Source: Candidatus Levyibacteriota bacterium (lineage in GTDB: Bacteria > Patescibacteriota > Microgenomatia > Levybacterales > UBA12049). From it: a stretch of DNA of 53,719 bases. Below, piece by piece: positions 28,113 to 39,262 of the stretch (positions are counted from its first letter, which is position 1; each line of letters begins with the position of its first letter). A program made the position numbers and the translations under genes. The DNA is taken from positions 1 through 53,719 of the forward strand of contig JACPAR010000015.1 in assembly GCA_016180725.1 (NCBI GenBank), written 5' to 3'. The notes beneath the pieces are model-generated. The model was not told the origin of the DNA. It did no database searches and worked only from the letters and a program-made list of their open reading frames with translations.

Positions 28113-30338
28113 TTACCCCAAACTTACCATTGTTTTTAAGAATTCAGCCGACCAACGGTAAATATTGTGGTTTTTAACTGAATTTCGCAACTTTTTCATT
28201 CGTTTCGTCTGCTCAGATAAAGGCATTATTAATGCTGTATATATTGCTTCTGAAGTTTGTTCTCCGCTATATGGGTTAACTATTAAAGCATCTTTAAATT
28301 CTTTTGAAGCGCCTGTAAATTGACTTAAAATAAGAACACCTTTTTCATCACTTCTGGCAGCCGCAAATTCTTTAGCAACAAGATTCATTCCATCATGAAG
28401 CGAGGTTACCAAACATACATTTGCAAGTTTATAATATTGGTTCAGTTCTTTATGGGTATGAAGCTTTTTTATAAGCACAATTGGTTTCCAATTTTTAATT
28501 TTATATAATAAGTTTACTCTTTCTACTTCTTTTTCTACGGCTTGAGCAAATTCCTGATATTTCTTAATTTTGCTTTTTGATGGCGGTGCAATTTGGATAA
28601 AAGTAAATTCTCCTCGATATTCAGTATATTTTTTGAGGAAAAGTTCAATAGCTTTTATGCGTTCAAGAATTCCTTTTGTATAGTCTAAACGATCAACACC
28701 AATTCCGATATATTTTACTTCAATTCCTAAATTCTTTAACAGTTTTTTCTTTTCAATTTCAAGTTGTTCATCATCGGGTTTCTCTTCATGATTTGAGAAA
28801 GCAATACTGATAGGAAAAGGTTTAATAAGCGATATGTGCTCACCTCTTGTAACTGTAAACTGCTCAAAATCAATAAGCGATTCAAGTTCTCTCCCGACTG
28901 TTTCTATGAAATTATTGCAATGCAACTGTGTATGAAAACCTATTAAATCAGCGCCAAGCATCCCGTCCAGCAGTTCTTTTTTCCAGGGACAAATACTAAA
29001 AGACTCAGGACTAACCCATGGAACATGCCAAAACAAACCAATTGTTGCGTCTGGCCTTGCGTTTTTTATCATTCTTGGAAGCAGTGCAAAATGGAAATCT
29101 TGAATACAAACAATAGGTTTTTTGAGGTTTTTTATTTCAGAAAGGACAGTTTTAGCAAATTTAGCATTTACTTTTTTGTACTCATCGTAATCTTCCTGAC
29201 TAAAAATCGGCCTCGTATGCGCATTAAGACATAGTGGATAAAGCGCTTCATTTGAAAATCCGTAATAATATCCTTTTTCTTCTTCCTCTGTAAGCCACAC
29301 TCTTTTTAAAGTGTATTTCGGATCATCCGGAGGCACTTGAATAGAATTATTTTCATCAACAACTAACTTATCTGCATCTCCGCTTCCGTGAGCAATCCAT
29401 GTTCCGCCTGTTGCCTGCATAACCGGCTCTATTGCCGTTACCATACCGCTTGCCGGAAAGAAATAATCAATTTTATTGCCGTTTTTTGTATGAATATAAG
29501 GCTCACGATTGGAAACAACAATAATCGTCCTGCCTTTAAGTATGTCTTTGACAAACTGCTTTAATCGTTCTGCTGTCCAGGGAGAATCTATTTTTTCCAA
29601 ACTAAGTCTTGCTTCCTCACTTGCTGCAAGCTGCGCTTGAATAAGACTTCTATTCATGTTTGTGATTTCTTTGACTAATGGCTGAAAAAACGGACTATTT
29701 GGTATATTTGGAGATTTGTTTCCCGATCTTGACAATTTTAACGATTCAACTAAATTATGCATCGGTCTAAAAATAATCCATCTCAAAAACAAAATTGCTG
29801 CTATTGATAATAGAAGAATTTGAAGGAAAAGACGCAGTAAATTATTTTTCCAGATTTCCTGCAAACGTGTATCTATATATCTTGCATTTTGCACAACTAT
29901 TAAGGATCCGACTACACTAGTTTTATCATGGAGGGGAACAGCAAAAACATACATCTTATTTTCTTCAAGCTTAACAAAATCTCCATTTGCATTATCGCCA
30001 TCCATTGCATCGGCTACAATTTTTTGGGAGTCGGAATTATCTTTAGGTAGATTCGAAGAAACAGCAATAACTTTTCCCTTGTTATCATATATTGCCAAAC
30101 CGGCAAGTCTTTCCCTATTGGCAAATTTTTCGACAACCGTTTGCAAGTACTCGTCTGATTTGTTGATGAAGTTTGGTTCGACAGTTTCTCTTAAACTTTC
30201 CGCAAGAAGCGTTGATCTGTGCTGAAGATCTACACTTAATCTTTTTTCTTCCTGATCAACTTGCTTTATAGTAAAAGAAAAGGCTACAAGACCAACTATC
30301 GCCGCAATTAATAATACGATTGCAATAATTTGTTTCAT
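28113..30338 (-). CDS. otsA: Trehalose-6-phosphate synthase (GT20) with N-terminal TM-sensor-TM module
   Basis: VSNREP, QDFHF, HVPW, GVDRLDYTKG, DGMNLVAKEF, LSQFTGA; about 250-aa N-terminal membrane module. Confidence 0.85.
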   Translation of the reverse strand: MKQIIAIVLLIAAIVGLVAFSFTIKQVDQEEKRLSVDLQHRSTLLAESLRETVEPNFINKSDEYLQTVVEKFANRERLAGLAIYDNKGKVIAVSSNLPKDNSDSQKIVADAMDGDNANGDFVKLEENKMYVFAVPLHDKTSVVGSLIVVQNARYIDTRLQEIWKNNLLRLFLQILLLSIAAILFLRWIIFRPMHNLVESLKLSRSGNKSPNIPNSPFFQPLVKEITNMNRSLIQAQLAASEEARLSLEKIDSPWTAERLKQFVKDILKGRTIIVVSNREPYIHTKNGNKIDYFFPASGMVTAIEPVMQATGGTWIAHGSGDADKLVVDENNSIQVPPDDPKYTLKRVWLTEEEEKGYYYGFSNEALYPLCLNAHTRPIFSQEDYDEYKKVNAKFAKTVLSEIKNLKKPIVCIQDFHFALLPRMIKNARPDATIGLFWHVPWVSPESFSICPWKKELLDGMLGADLIGFHTQLHCNNFIETVGRELESLIDFEQFTVTRGEHISLIKPFPISIAFSNHEEKPDDEQLEIEKKKLLKNLGIEVKYIGIGVDRLDYTKGILERIKAIELFLKKYTEYRGEFTFIQIAPPSKSKIKKYQEFAQAVEKEVERVNLLYKIKNWKPIVLIKKLHTHKELNQYYKLANVCLVTSLHDGMNLVAKEFAAARSDEKGVLILSQFTGASKEFKDALIVNPYSGEQTSEAIYTALIMPLSEQTKRMKKLRNSVKNHNIYRWSAEFLKTMVSLG

Positions 30339-30710
30339 GGTTGTTTATTTTAGCATATTGGCCACATTAATGAGGATCTAAGCCTTATTATTTTCTAAAT
30401 TTTTAGAAACACTGAAAATGAAACCACTAAAAATATCCCAATTGCATTTCTATAAAAATATATGAAATGGTTGATACTGCATGTCGGGTTGTGTTCGACC
30501 TTTTTAGAAAAATCCGAACTCGCTTCAAGTCGAATCGGTAGGCGCAATCTGTGGACTCAATTTCGAATCGCTTCTAATCATCCTATTGCGCCATTAAAAA
30601 ACACAATCTGCAAATAACTGAGTCCACGAAAAATTTAGCAGTTATCAGTCATCAAAGCAAGATGGATTTTCTATTGCAAAGTACCTCAAAAACTGATACA
30701 AAATACCTGT

Positions 30711-31574
30711 ATGGTAAAGTCAACTAAAATTGCGGTTTTTGAAGGAAAGAAAATCCGCAGACATTGGGATGAGGAGAAAGAAAAATGGTATTTTTCAGTA
30801 GCTAATGTAGTATCAGTACTCAGCAATAGTACCAGCCCCTTAGCTTATTGGCGTAAGCTCAAAGAAAGATTGAAAAAAGAGGGTAGTGAAACCGTGACAA
30901 AATGTCACAGTTTGAAAATGTTGGCAGCTGATGGAAAAATGAGGTTGACTGATGTTGCAGATACAGAAACTATGTTTCGGATTATCCAGTCAATCCCTTC
31001 TCCCAAAGCAGAGCCTTTCAAAAGGTGGTTAGCCAGAGTTGGATATGAAAGGGTACAGGAGATAGAAGATCCAGAACAAGATCCAGAACTTGCTCAGAAA
31101 CGAGCTCGAGCCATTTATAAAGCAAAAGGATATCCAGAGGATTGGATAGAAAGACGGATGCGCTCTATTGCCATCAGGGAAGAATTAACAGATGAGTGGC
31201 AAAAACATGGTGTAGAACTGGCAAAAGAGTATGAAATATAAACTGCCGAAATATCCAAAGCTACGTTTGGTGTTACTCCATCAGAATATAAGAAAATAAA
31301 AGGACTCAAACGTCAAAATCTGCGTGACCATATGAGTGATTTGGAATTATTATTTTCCCAGTTGGGTGAAGCAGCCACCACAGAAATTACCAAAACAGAA
31401 CATCCCAAAGGATTTGAGAAAAATAAACATGTCTCAAGACGTGGAGGTAAAATTGCCGGAGATGCCAGATCTAACCTTGAGAAAGAAACTGGCAGAAAAG
31501 TAATAAACTCACAAAATTATTTACCTAAGAAACAAAACAAAAAACTATTAGAGGAGAACAAATTTAATGTTTAG
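30711..31574 (+). pseudogene. Bro-N/phage antirepressor-like protein interrupted by an in-frame TAA
   Basis: IRRHWD..KWYFSV, IIQSIPSPKAEPFKRWLA; EYEI*TAEISKATFG..NLRDHMSDLEL continues in the same frame. Confidence 0.8.
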
Positions 31575-31908
31575 AAAGTTTTTCTTCCCAGGTTTTAAGT
31601 CCAGTTTTTACGACTGAGGGGGTAAAAAGGTTTGGCTTGATTTGTTTCAACAGTTTTTTTGCATCCTCATATCTTTTAGCTCCGTGATAAGCAGCCAGAA
31701 GGTTAAATTTTCCCATTACATTTAACTTACTCAAAGAAACTGATTCTCCTAACTTGATAGCCTCCTCAAATTTTTCCTGCATTACAAGGTTTGCAATGTT
31801 GTTCGCTCGTTTCATATAAAGTCTGTCATACAAAATTCGAACGATAAGCATGATTATTCCTAAAAATATTAAGGTTTGTATTATAAGCGAAAGAGAATTG
31901 TTATCCAT
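31564..31908 (-). CDS. Small membrane protein with TPR-like helical region
   Basis: N-terminal TM, KFEEAIK / AYHGAKRYEDAKK. Confidence 0.6.
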   Translation of the reverse strand: MDNNSLSLIIQTLIFLGIIMLIVRILYDRLYMKRANNIANLVMQEKFEEAIKLGESVSLSKLNVMGKFNLLAAYHGAKRYEDAKKLLKQIKPNLFTPSVVKTGLKTWEEKLSKH

Positions 31909-32254
31909 GATTAGTTTTATCTTAACATAAATAACTCAGGTTTGAAAAGATAAAATGGCGTACTCCGTTTAGGTCGTTATATCAACCTAAAGACGGTTCT
32001 GGTTTACCATCGTTTGGAGCCATTGTACCAAATTGCTCGAACTTATTTTACCAAAAATTACTAAAAATTGACAGCTCCGCATTGTATTAGCTCGCCTCGC
32101 TTCGCTCGGCCTTCGCCACGTCTGACGTGGCTTCGCTTTGACTTTGCCGGAAAAATTTTCGTGTCCTTTCTCTTTTTTATTTCCTGCTTGTGCTAAGTCT
32201 AATATATTGAGCAAATATTATTGACTATATTTTTATACTCGATATAGTTTAGGC

Positions 32255-33511
32255 TCACCCAATAATATACAATTCCTTCACTGCTCTGGTTACTGCTGTA
32301 TATAACCATCTGCTCCAAAGCTCATCTTCCCAGTAGGCTGATGGTTCTTCAAAAAGCAAGACTCTGTCTGCTTGGGATCCTTGGGATTTATGGACAGTTA
32401 AAGCATAACCAAAATCAAACCTATCACCAATCTCTTTGTAATGAATACCTTTGACCTCGGTTAAATATTTTTCTTGATGAAATTGGTACCTGGAGATTCT
32501 ACCTTGGTATGGAATATCTTCACCATGGAATAATATCTCGGCTTCATACCAGTGTTTATCAGATGGAGTAAGTTTAATTAGTTTACCAATCATGCCATTA
32601 TAAATTGGTTTACTTAAGTTTTTGTAGTTATTCTTCAAACAAATAACCTGCTCACCAATAACTGGTTCATCTGATGAAAAATCTAGCCTACTTCTAATTT
32701 GTTGGTTAAGTTTGACCCTGGTAGCATTTCTACCACAAAGAATCAGGGTATTGTCATCAAAACTGTTAAATATCTTATCAATTATTTCCTCTGCTTCTGG
32801 GCTGTGTCTAGCAACTTTTTTAACAGTTGAGGAGAAATTTTGAAATGGAATTTTACCAGTAGTTCTGGCTAAAGTAGCCACTTGTAGAATTGGGTTATCC
32901 TGGGCATGTCTATGAATGGTTTCTAATCTAAGTTGTGGTTTATCCATTAAGCTGTAACTGTCTCCGACTGGTGGTAATTGTCCATGATCCCCAATAGCAA
33001 TGATGGAAACTCCGTATGAGCAAATATCTTGCCACATATCTTGGGTTATCATTGAAGCCTCATCAATAATTATTAAATCTGAATCAATAGCACTTACTTT
33101 TTTCCAACCAACAATATGGCCATTTTTATCAACCTTTGGTTTATACATTAAAGAATGAAGAGTTCCAATACTGTCTCCTTTGAATATAGACTTTTGCTCA
33201 ATAAGTTTACTTTTTAATACCTGGCTGGCTTTACCAGTAAAGCAGGCAAATGCAACAACAAGATTAGGTAATTGTTTTTTCAGGAGAGTCCGCAAAATTG
33301 CAGTAATAGTAGTTTTTCCTGTACCAGCATATCCACCTACTGTAATATACCCATATTTAGGATTTCTGACCCAAGAAAGTAAAGATTCTAAGACAAACTT
33401 TTGGTCAGAAGATAAATGGTCTTCTTCCTCAGTCCAAGGGTCATAGGCTTTAGTAAAAGTCTTTCTGATTTCATCAACACCGTAAGCCTTTGATTTAACA
33501 GCAGGGATCAT
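32255..33511 (-). CDS. SF1B helicase, Dda/RecD-like
   Basis: GYAGTGKTT, IIDEASM, GDHGQLPPV, YALTVHKSQGS, LYTAVTRA. Confidence 0.9.
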   Translation of the reverse strand: MIPAVKSKAYGVDEIRKTFTKAYDPWTEEEDHLSSDQKFVLESLLSWVRNPKYGYITVGGYAGTGKTTITAILRTLLKKQLPNLVVAFACFTGKASQVLKSKLIEQKSIFKGDSIGTLHSLMYKPKVDKNGHIVGWKKVSAIDSDLIIIDEASMITQDMWQDICSYGVSIIAIGDHGQLPPVGDSYSLMDKPQLRLETIHRHAQDNPILQVATLARTTGKIPFQNFSSTVKKVARHSPEAEEIIDKIFNSFDDNTLILCGRNATRVKLNQQIRSRLDFSSDEPVIGEQVICLKNNYKNLSKPIYNGMIGKLIKLTPSDKHWYEAEILFHGEDIPYQGRISRYQFHQEKYLTEVKGIHYKEIGDRFDFGYALTVHKSQGSQADRVLLFEEPSAYWEDELWSRWLYTAVTRAVKELYIIG

Positions 33512-34266
33512 GGAGAAATTATATCATCATGTTTGTCGCTAATCAGTTCCAAAAGTGGCTTTTCCCAACCAAAACAAGTCTCTCTGTTCTCTAATTGTCG
33601 AAATGTTGGTGTACATTTTGGATCAAGTTTGGTGTATTGTATGAGTACCTCAACAGTTTCCCGAATAAATTCACCAACTGTTCCGTCAGAATCATCAACA
33701 CCGCCTGAGATAAGTTTTTTATCAAGCCGCAGGAGCAAATCTACCAAAAGTTGTGTGGTCTGTTCATTTACTGGTAAATTAGACACAATAGCTGACAAAC
33801 GTTTACACCCTTCTTGCAAAGAATTTTGGTACGCAAACCAGGTGCGGGATGGGCCATTGTATCCCTTTATGTATCGCAAAGCTTCGGTAAAAGATTTTTT
33901 AATCACAGCCAATTCTTCTTTTTCTAATTTTCCTAATTTGCCGCTACAGCTTGGAGAATCTATTAGTTTCTTATCTTCATCTGTCAGTGGTTTGCCATAC
34001 ATAACCACGAAAAGAGCCAATGCTACCATATGCTTGCAAAGGGTATCACTTTGCCCCAGATAGCAGTTACAGTGACCGTAGTCGTATCGGCGTGCCTCTA
34101 CAGATACCCGATATGGCTTGGTGCCAAGTACAACCGCTGCATAAGATCTAATCCCTTCCTCAAATTGGGTTACCTTCCCGCTTTCATATAACACAACTGC
34201 TTTCTCAAACGTTGGTTGATCAGTGGCAAATTTAATTTTACTTAGATCATAGTCTGGTCGCTGCAT
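33508..34266 (-). CDS. SWIM zinc-finger protein
   Basis: CNC-x7-CKH (CNCYLGQSDTLCKHMVA), GVDDSDG. Confidence 0.85.
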   Translation of the reverse strand: MQRPDYDLSKIKFATDQPTFEKAVVLYESGKVTQFEEGIRSYAAVVLGTKPYRVSVEARRYDYGHCNCYLGQSDTLCKHMVALALFVVMYGKPLTDEDKKLIDSPSCSGKLGKLEKEELAVIKKSFTEALRYIKGYNGPSRTWFAYQNSLQEGCKRLSAIVSNLPVNEQTTQLLVDLLLRLDKKLISGGVDDSDGTVGEFIRETVEVLIQYTKLDPKCTPTFRQLENRETCFGWEKPLLELISDKHDDIISP

Positions 34267-34273
34267 TTTTTAT

Positions 34274-35113
34274 TTATTTCAATTTTTTTATTCGTAGAAA
34301 AGCTTTGCTTATTGATGTATTTCCAACAAGCGATTGCATTTGTGCAATAGCAATCTGGTTTAACTGGGTTAAACGCTCACTTTGGGGTAATCCACGACGA
34401 ATGAGTTCAGCATTTATTCCTTCCAAATTTGCCAACACCACCAGTTGAGTTACATCTGAGTAGTCGCGGATATTGCCTTCTTTCCTGGGATTTCCGTCTC
34501 TCCACTCTTTGGCAGTTTTACCAAACAAAGCGACGTTTAAAATATCCGCTTCTGAAGCATAAATAACTTTGGCCTGACTCTCAGTAACTGACTTCGGGAT
34601 TAAGTTTTCTTTGATTGAATCTGTATGAATAAGATAATTAATTTTTGTTAACTGGCGTTTAATATCCCAACCCAAAGCTAATCTTTCGTTTTCCTCAGAT
34701 TTAAGTCGCTGAAATTCTTTAATCAAGTAAAGCTTAAATTCTGCACTTATCCAGGAAGCAAATTCAAAAGCAATATCTTTGTGTGCGAATGTTCCACCTC
34801 CATATCTACCTGATTTTGCAATAATCCCAATCGCATTGACTGAAAGAACCCATCTTTTGGGAGTTAAGGAAAAACTATTTAAGCCTGCCTCTTTTATTAA
34901 CCCATCGAATTCGATGGGTTTAAAATTTGGGTTGTTGATTCGTTCCCAAATACCTAAGAATTCTATAGTATCTCTATTTCTCATCCAGTTTTGGATGATA
35001 TAGTCAGTTCTTTCCTTATCTTTGTACCTTGCAATATCAGTGAGGGAGATGTAATCTATTTCATTTTGTTGAAAGGTATACACTTTTATGCCTTTGGTTA
35101 TAATTTTTTTCAT
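34274..35113 (-). CDS. KilA-N domain protein
   Basis: DYISLTDIA, GRYGGGTFAHKDIAFEFASWISAEF, YASEADILNVALFG. Confidence 0.9.
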   Translation of the reverse strand: MKKIITKGIKVYTFQQNEIDYISLTDIARYKDKERTDYIIQNWMRNRDTIEFLGIWERINNPNFKPIEFDGLIKEAGLNSFSLTPKRWVLSVNAIGIIAKSGRYGGGTFAHKDIAFEFASWISAEFKLYLIKEFQRLKSEENERLALGWDIKRQLTKINYLIHTDSIKENLIPKSVTESQAKVIYASEADILNVALFGKTAKEWRDGNPRKEGNIRDYSDVTQLVVLANLEGINAELIRRGLPQSERLTQLNQIAIAQMQSLVGNTSISKAFLRIKKLK

Positions 35114-35365
35114 ATTTTTAAAGCAATAGAATTTATTTTAATTATGACAAATTCGCCACAGTTAAAATCCAGTTTCTCCTGCTGCTATTATAGACGTAGA
35201 CTATAACAAGCTACGCTTATTATACAGGATTTTAGATCCGTAGGATCGCAAGATTTTCTTATTCAAACTAAATCAAAATGGCTATTGCATTTGTACGATC
35301 AGTTTGGTTCAATTAAGGTAGTCATAAGTTTTGATTTTTGACATTTGAGTTTTGAATTTTTTTAT

Positions 35366-38300
35366 ATGTATGTTATGGAATATCTTCAGAAATTTAGACA
35401 AGGTAAGCCCGACAGCTCACAGCTCACAGCTCACAGCTCACAGCTCACAGCTCACAGCTCACAGCTCACAGCTCACAGCTCACAGCTCACAGCTCACAGC
35501 TCACACTAAAGTTTAGGCGTCAATTCCCAAAAATCAAGAGGCAAACCCTCACTGTCCTCTTAATTATTTCTTTATTAATATCTCAACTCACTTCTCTTTT
35601 TGTTCCCTCAGTTTATGCCGCAAGTTCACCTTGGAGCCAAACTAATTGGAATGGTGGGAGTGGGCAGACTGCTTGGAGTGATACAACCAAGTATTCTTCT
35701 GGCTCAAGTGTTGATGCCACTACTACTTCTGGACAAGTAACATTGACTAATACAGAAAAATTTTCTAATACAGGGTTTGAATCAAACCTGACAGGGTGGA
35801 CCGTATCAGGCACCACCAATGATTTAACTTTGCAGCCTGATGGAGCTACTGGAATTGATACCTGGATATTATCAGTTGGCACAGGTGGTAGCGCTGGGTA
35901 TCAGAATACCAATAACGGTGCGCAGAATGTTTTTCAAGTGGGTCTCACAGTATCAGGCACAGATATTGAACGTGGACTTATAAAATTAGATCTTTCTTCT
36001 ATACCCTCAACAGCGAAGGTTTCATCTGCCACTCTTTCAATATATGCTACTAGTCAAGTAGCATCTGGAAATGCTCAAACATTTTCTGTTTACAGAATGC
36101 TCCAAAGTTGGGTGGAAGGAACAGGGAATTTTAGCACTACTGGGGATGGAACCACATGGTTAACCTATAATGGTGTCAGCAATTGGCAAACAGCAGGAGG
36201 GTCAGGGTCTAACGATCGAGAGACTACTGCTATCGGTTCTAGCGCATTCGCAAGTTCTGAAACTTCTGGTGAGTTCAAGAATTTCAGCTTGACAGCAAGT
36301 GCAGTTCAAGAATGGATTGATGGAACGATGACTAATAATGGGGTTATGATTAAGAGTGAGGAAACAGGAACAAATAGATTTACATTTGCTGCAAGTGATA
36401 ACGCTACTGCTGCTAACCGGCCTAAGTTAGCAATAAGCTACTATAACTACTCACGAGATACATCCATCAAATATGGAGGAAGTAATGCTTCGGCACAAAT
36501 AATCACACCTTCAGGTGGTACTAATAATTTTCTTCAAACTGTCAATGTGGGAGATACAAATACTTACAATTTAGTTTCTTATGCTTATACAGATGGTAGT
36601 GCCATAACTTCTTCTGATGTAGAGCTTTTTTATAACGGTTCAACGATTGCAACAACATATACTTCTGTTGGTTCTGGTTGGTATAAACTTACTGGAACTT
36701 TAACAGGAGCAAATGCGTCAAGGGTTTATGGAGTTCAAGTAAAAGCAAATAAAACTGTTTATGTAGACAACTTTAGTTTGAATAATTATGCTTCTTCCGG
36801 AACTTTGACCTCATCTATTTTTGACAGCGAATTTACAGCAGGTGCAGCTTGGGGTACCCTAACTTATACGGCAACTACTCCAACTAATACAACAGTTTCA
36901 GTAAAAATGAGGACTTCTAATTCATCTTCAATGTCTGGGGCTACAGCTTTTGGTTCATGTACCGCAATAACAAGTGGTTCCGACATTTCTTCTAACACTT
37001 GCGTAGCTGATGGGCAAAGATATATTCAATATCTCCTGACATTATCGAATAGCAGTACAGAAGTTACACCAACTTTTTCAGATTTATCACTAACATTTGC
37101 AACCTATGATACTGACGCACCATCTATCTCTTTAACAGCTTTAACCCCTGACCCAAATTCTGATAATACGCCAACTCTATCGGGAACAGCTACTGACTTA
37201 ATAGGCACTGTTTCCAATGTCCAGTTTCAGATGGATGCAACTTCTGGCTCCTGGACTGCTTGTACAGCGGATGACGGCAGTTTTGATGAAGTGACAGAGA
37301 CATTTACATGTACTCCTTCTGCATTATCTGACGGTAGTCATACGATGTATGTCAGGGCTACCGACAGTAACAGCAATACGACTGCTTCGGGAAGTGAATC
37401 TTCTGACACTTTTACCATTGATGTGACAGCCCCGGCTTCTTTTGACCTGGATTCTCCTGGCCATGAGAGTTACACTACCAATGAGCGACCCACTTTTAAG
37501 TGGAAGGCAACCACCGACCCTTCGGCAGGCTCAGGGCAAGTGCCTTCAGGTTTATCCAGCTATACCCTGGAAGTAGACAATGGGGATACGGGAGACTTTA
37601 GTATTACGGGTATCCCTACCAGCAGGACTACAGATTATGACACCAATAAATATCTTGTCCATTATGATAACTTTTCAGATTCAGATTCCAGTAATAATTA
37701 CATCTCAATTTATACTAAATCACACAGTGACTGGAGTTCCTCTGAAAACTATGGCAAGTTAAAAGAAGGCTCAAGATCCTGGAAGATTAAAGCCATTGAT
37801 GCCGCAGGTAATGAAAGGTCAGAGGGCAGGACTGTGATTGTTGATTTAACAGGCCCGACATTATCCTCCCTTTCCTCATCTGGCTCGGCAGGCAGCAAAG
37901 ACGGTTATTTTCTGGTGACCAACCAAAAGCCAAGCCTAACAGGCACTATTACTGATAATTATTCTCCTGATAAGGTAGAAATCTCCATCTACAAGGAAAA
38001 CTACTTTCTGGGTGCCATCACCTCCAAAGAGCTGTTTACTTCCATTACTTATTCACTCTCCAACAGCAGTAATAATAAATCCCTCTCTTTTTCCATTCCT
38101 GTCCCTGATTCCCTGGACTTCGGCAGTTACGAAGTAAATATTAAAGGACAAGACAAAGCAGGCAATAAATCCGGCGCTTCTACCATATATTTTAAGGTTT
38201 TGACTGCCCGGCAGGCAAAAGAACTTTTGCAGGGTAAACTTTCAGAAAAAGAAAAGAAAACAATTCAGGAGAGATCACAGGTATCTCTGCCGGAATTGGA

Positions 38301-39243
38301 GAAAAAAGCAGTTTTAAGACGGGAAAAAGAAGCAGCGGAATTTGATAAGTTAATTACCCCATTCTCCCAAACATTCTCTGTCATCCCCAACCTGATTGGG
38401 AATCTATATAAATCATCTACTGCGGGACTCACGATGACAGGAAACGCCATTAGCCATGGTTTCCTCGAAGTGACAAATGGTATAGGTAAAGGTTACAACA
38501 ACCTAGCTCAAAAAGCGCCTGGGTTGGTAAAAAATACCATGTTAGCTTTAGAAAATGGAGTAAATACGGTTAGCTCAACTATCAGTAACACTAACCAAGT
38601 AGCGCTTAATACTCTTAATAAATCTCAAGGGAAGTTAGAGAATAAAATCAGCAAGAGTTCTAGAGAAACAGCACAAATTTTTAATTCTCAATTATCAAAT
38701 GTTAAAAACATAGCAGGCGGCACCACTAAAGTCATTGCGAGCGCAAGCGAAGCAATCTCTAATTCGTTGGCCAGATCGCAGGAAGAAACCCAAAAACAAA
38801 TCGCAAAAACTCACCAGAATACAAGCGATGCTATTAAGGATAAAGGTCAAAGAATAAGTAAAGGAATAAATCTTGCTTTCCGCTCTTTCCAAAAACCAGT
38901 CAATGATACAACTGGTTTCCTGGACAGAACTAAAGTATGGTTTCTAACTTTTGGATCAATAGTTATAGATCCAAATCCAACAACTATTTCTGGTGTTGCT
39001 ATTGATGAGTTAGGAAAAGATTATGCAGTTGTTTCCTGGAAAACAAACCATTATGCTTGGGGTAAAGTTAATTATGGTAAAGATTTAACTTATGGGAAAG
39101 AAGTACTTTTAACCAAAAGAGAGAAAGTCCATGTTGCCCGCTTAACAGGGCTTAAACCAGGGGAAAAATATTATTTTGAAGTAATGTCCCAGAACAAAAA
39201 TTATGCTTATGACGCCTACTATAGTTTTGAGACTAAAAAGTAG
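35366..39243 (+). CDS. Large secreted/surface protein (DNRLRE-like, Ig-like, C-terminal FN3-like domains); start is out of frame at the repeat tract
   Basis: Frame open from 35407, signal peptide KRQTLTVLLIISLLISQL..VYA; RGLIKLDLSSIP..VSSATLSIY, Ser/Thr-rich beta repeats, VSWKTN..GKVNYG..LTGLKPG..YYF. Confidence 0.85.
35412..35502 (+). repeat. Heptanucleotide tandem repeat (ACAGCTC)13
   Basis: 13 perfect units, located between the ATG and the signal-peptide coding region. Confidence 0.95.
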
Positions 39244-39262
39244 TAAAATATTTGTATAACCT

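Noticed and set aside
30418-30540. Possible C-terminal remnant of a site-specific recombinase (..FRKIRTRF*) with nearby GGCGCAAT/ATTGCGCC inverted repeat
   Set aside because: Too short to support; no catalytic motifs or matching att repeat found
31987-32214. 75-aa minus-strand ORF
   Set aside because: Weak start, largely translates GC-rich palindromes (32090-32136), no motif
33533-34063. Long antisense ORFs (also 7010-7483, 20598-21110, 44172-44606, 45139-45759)
   Set aside because: Fully overlap well-supported genes on the opposite strand and have no motifs
35412-35502. Possible CRISPR array
   Set aside because: 7-nt perfect tandem units with no spacers; no cas genes in the window
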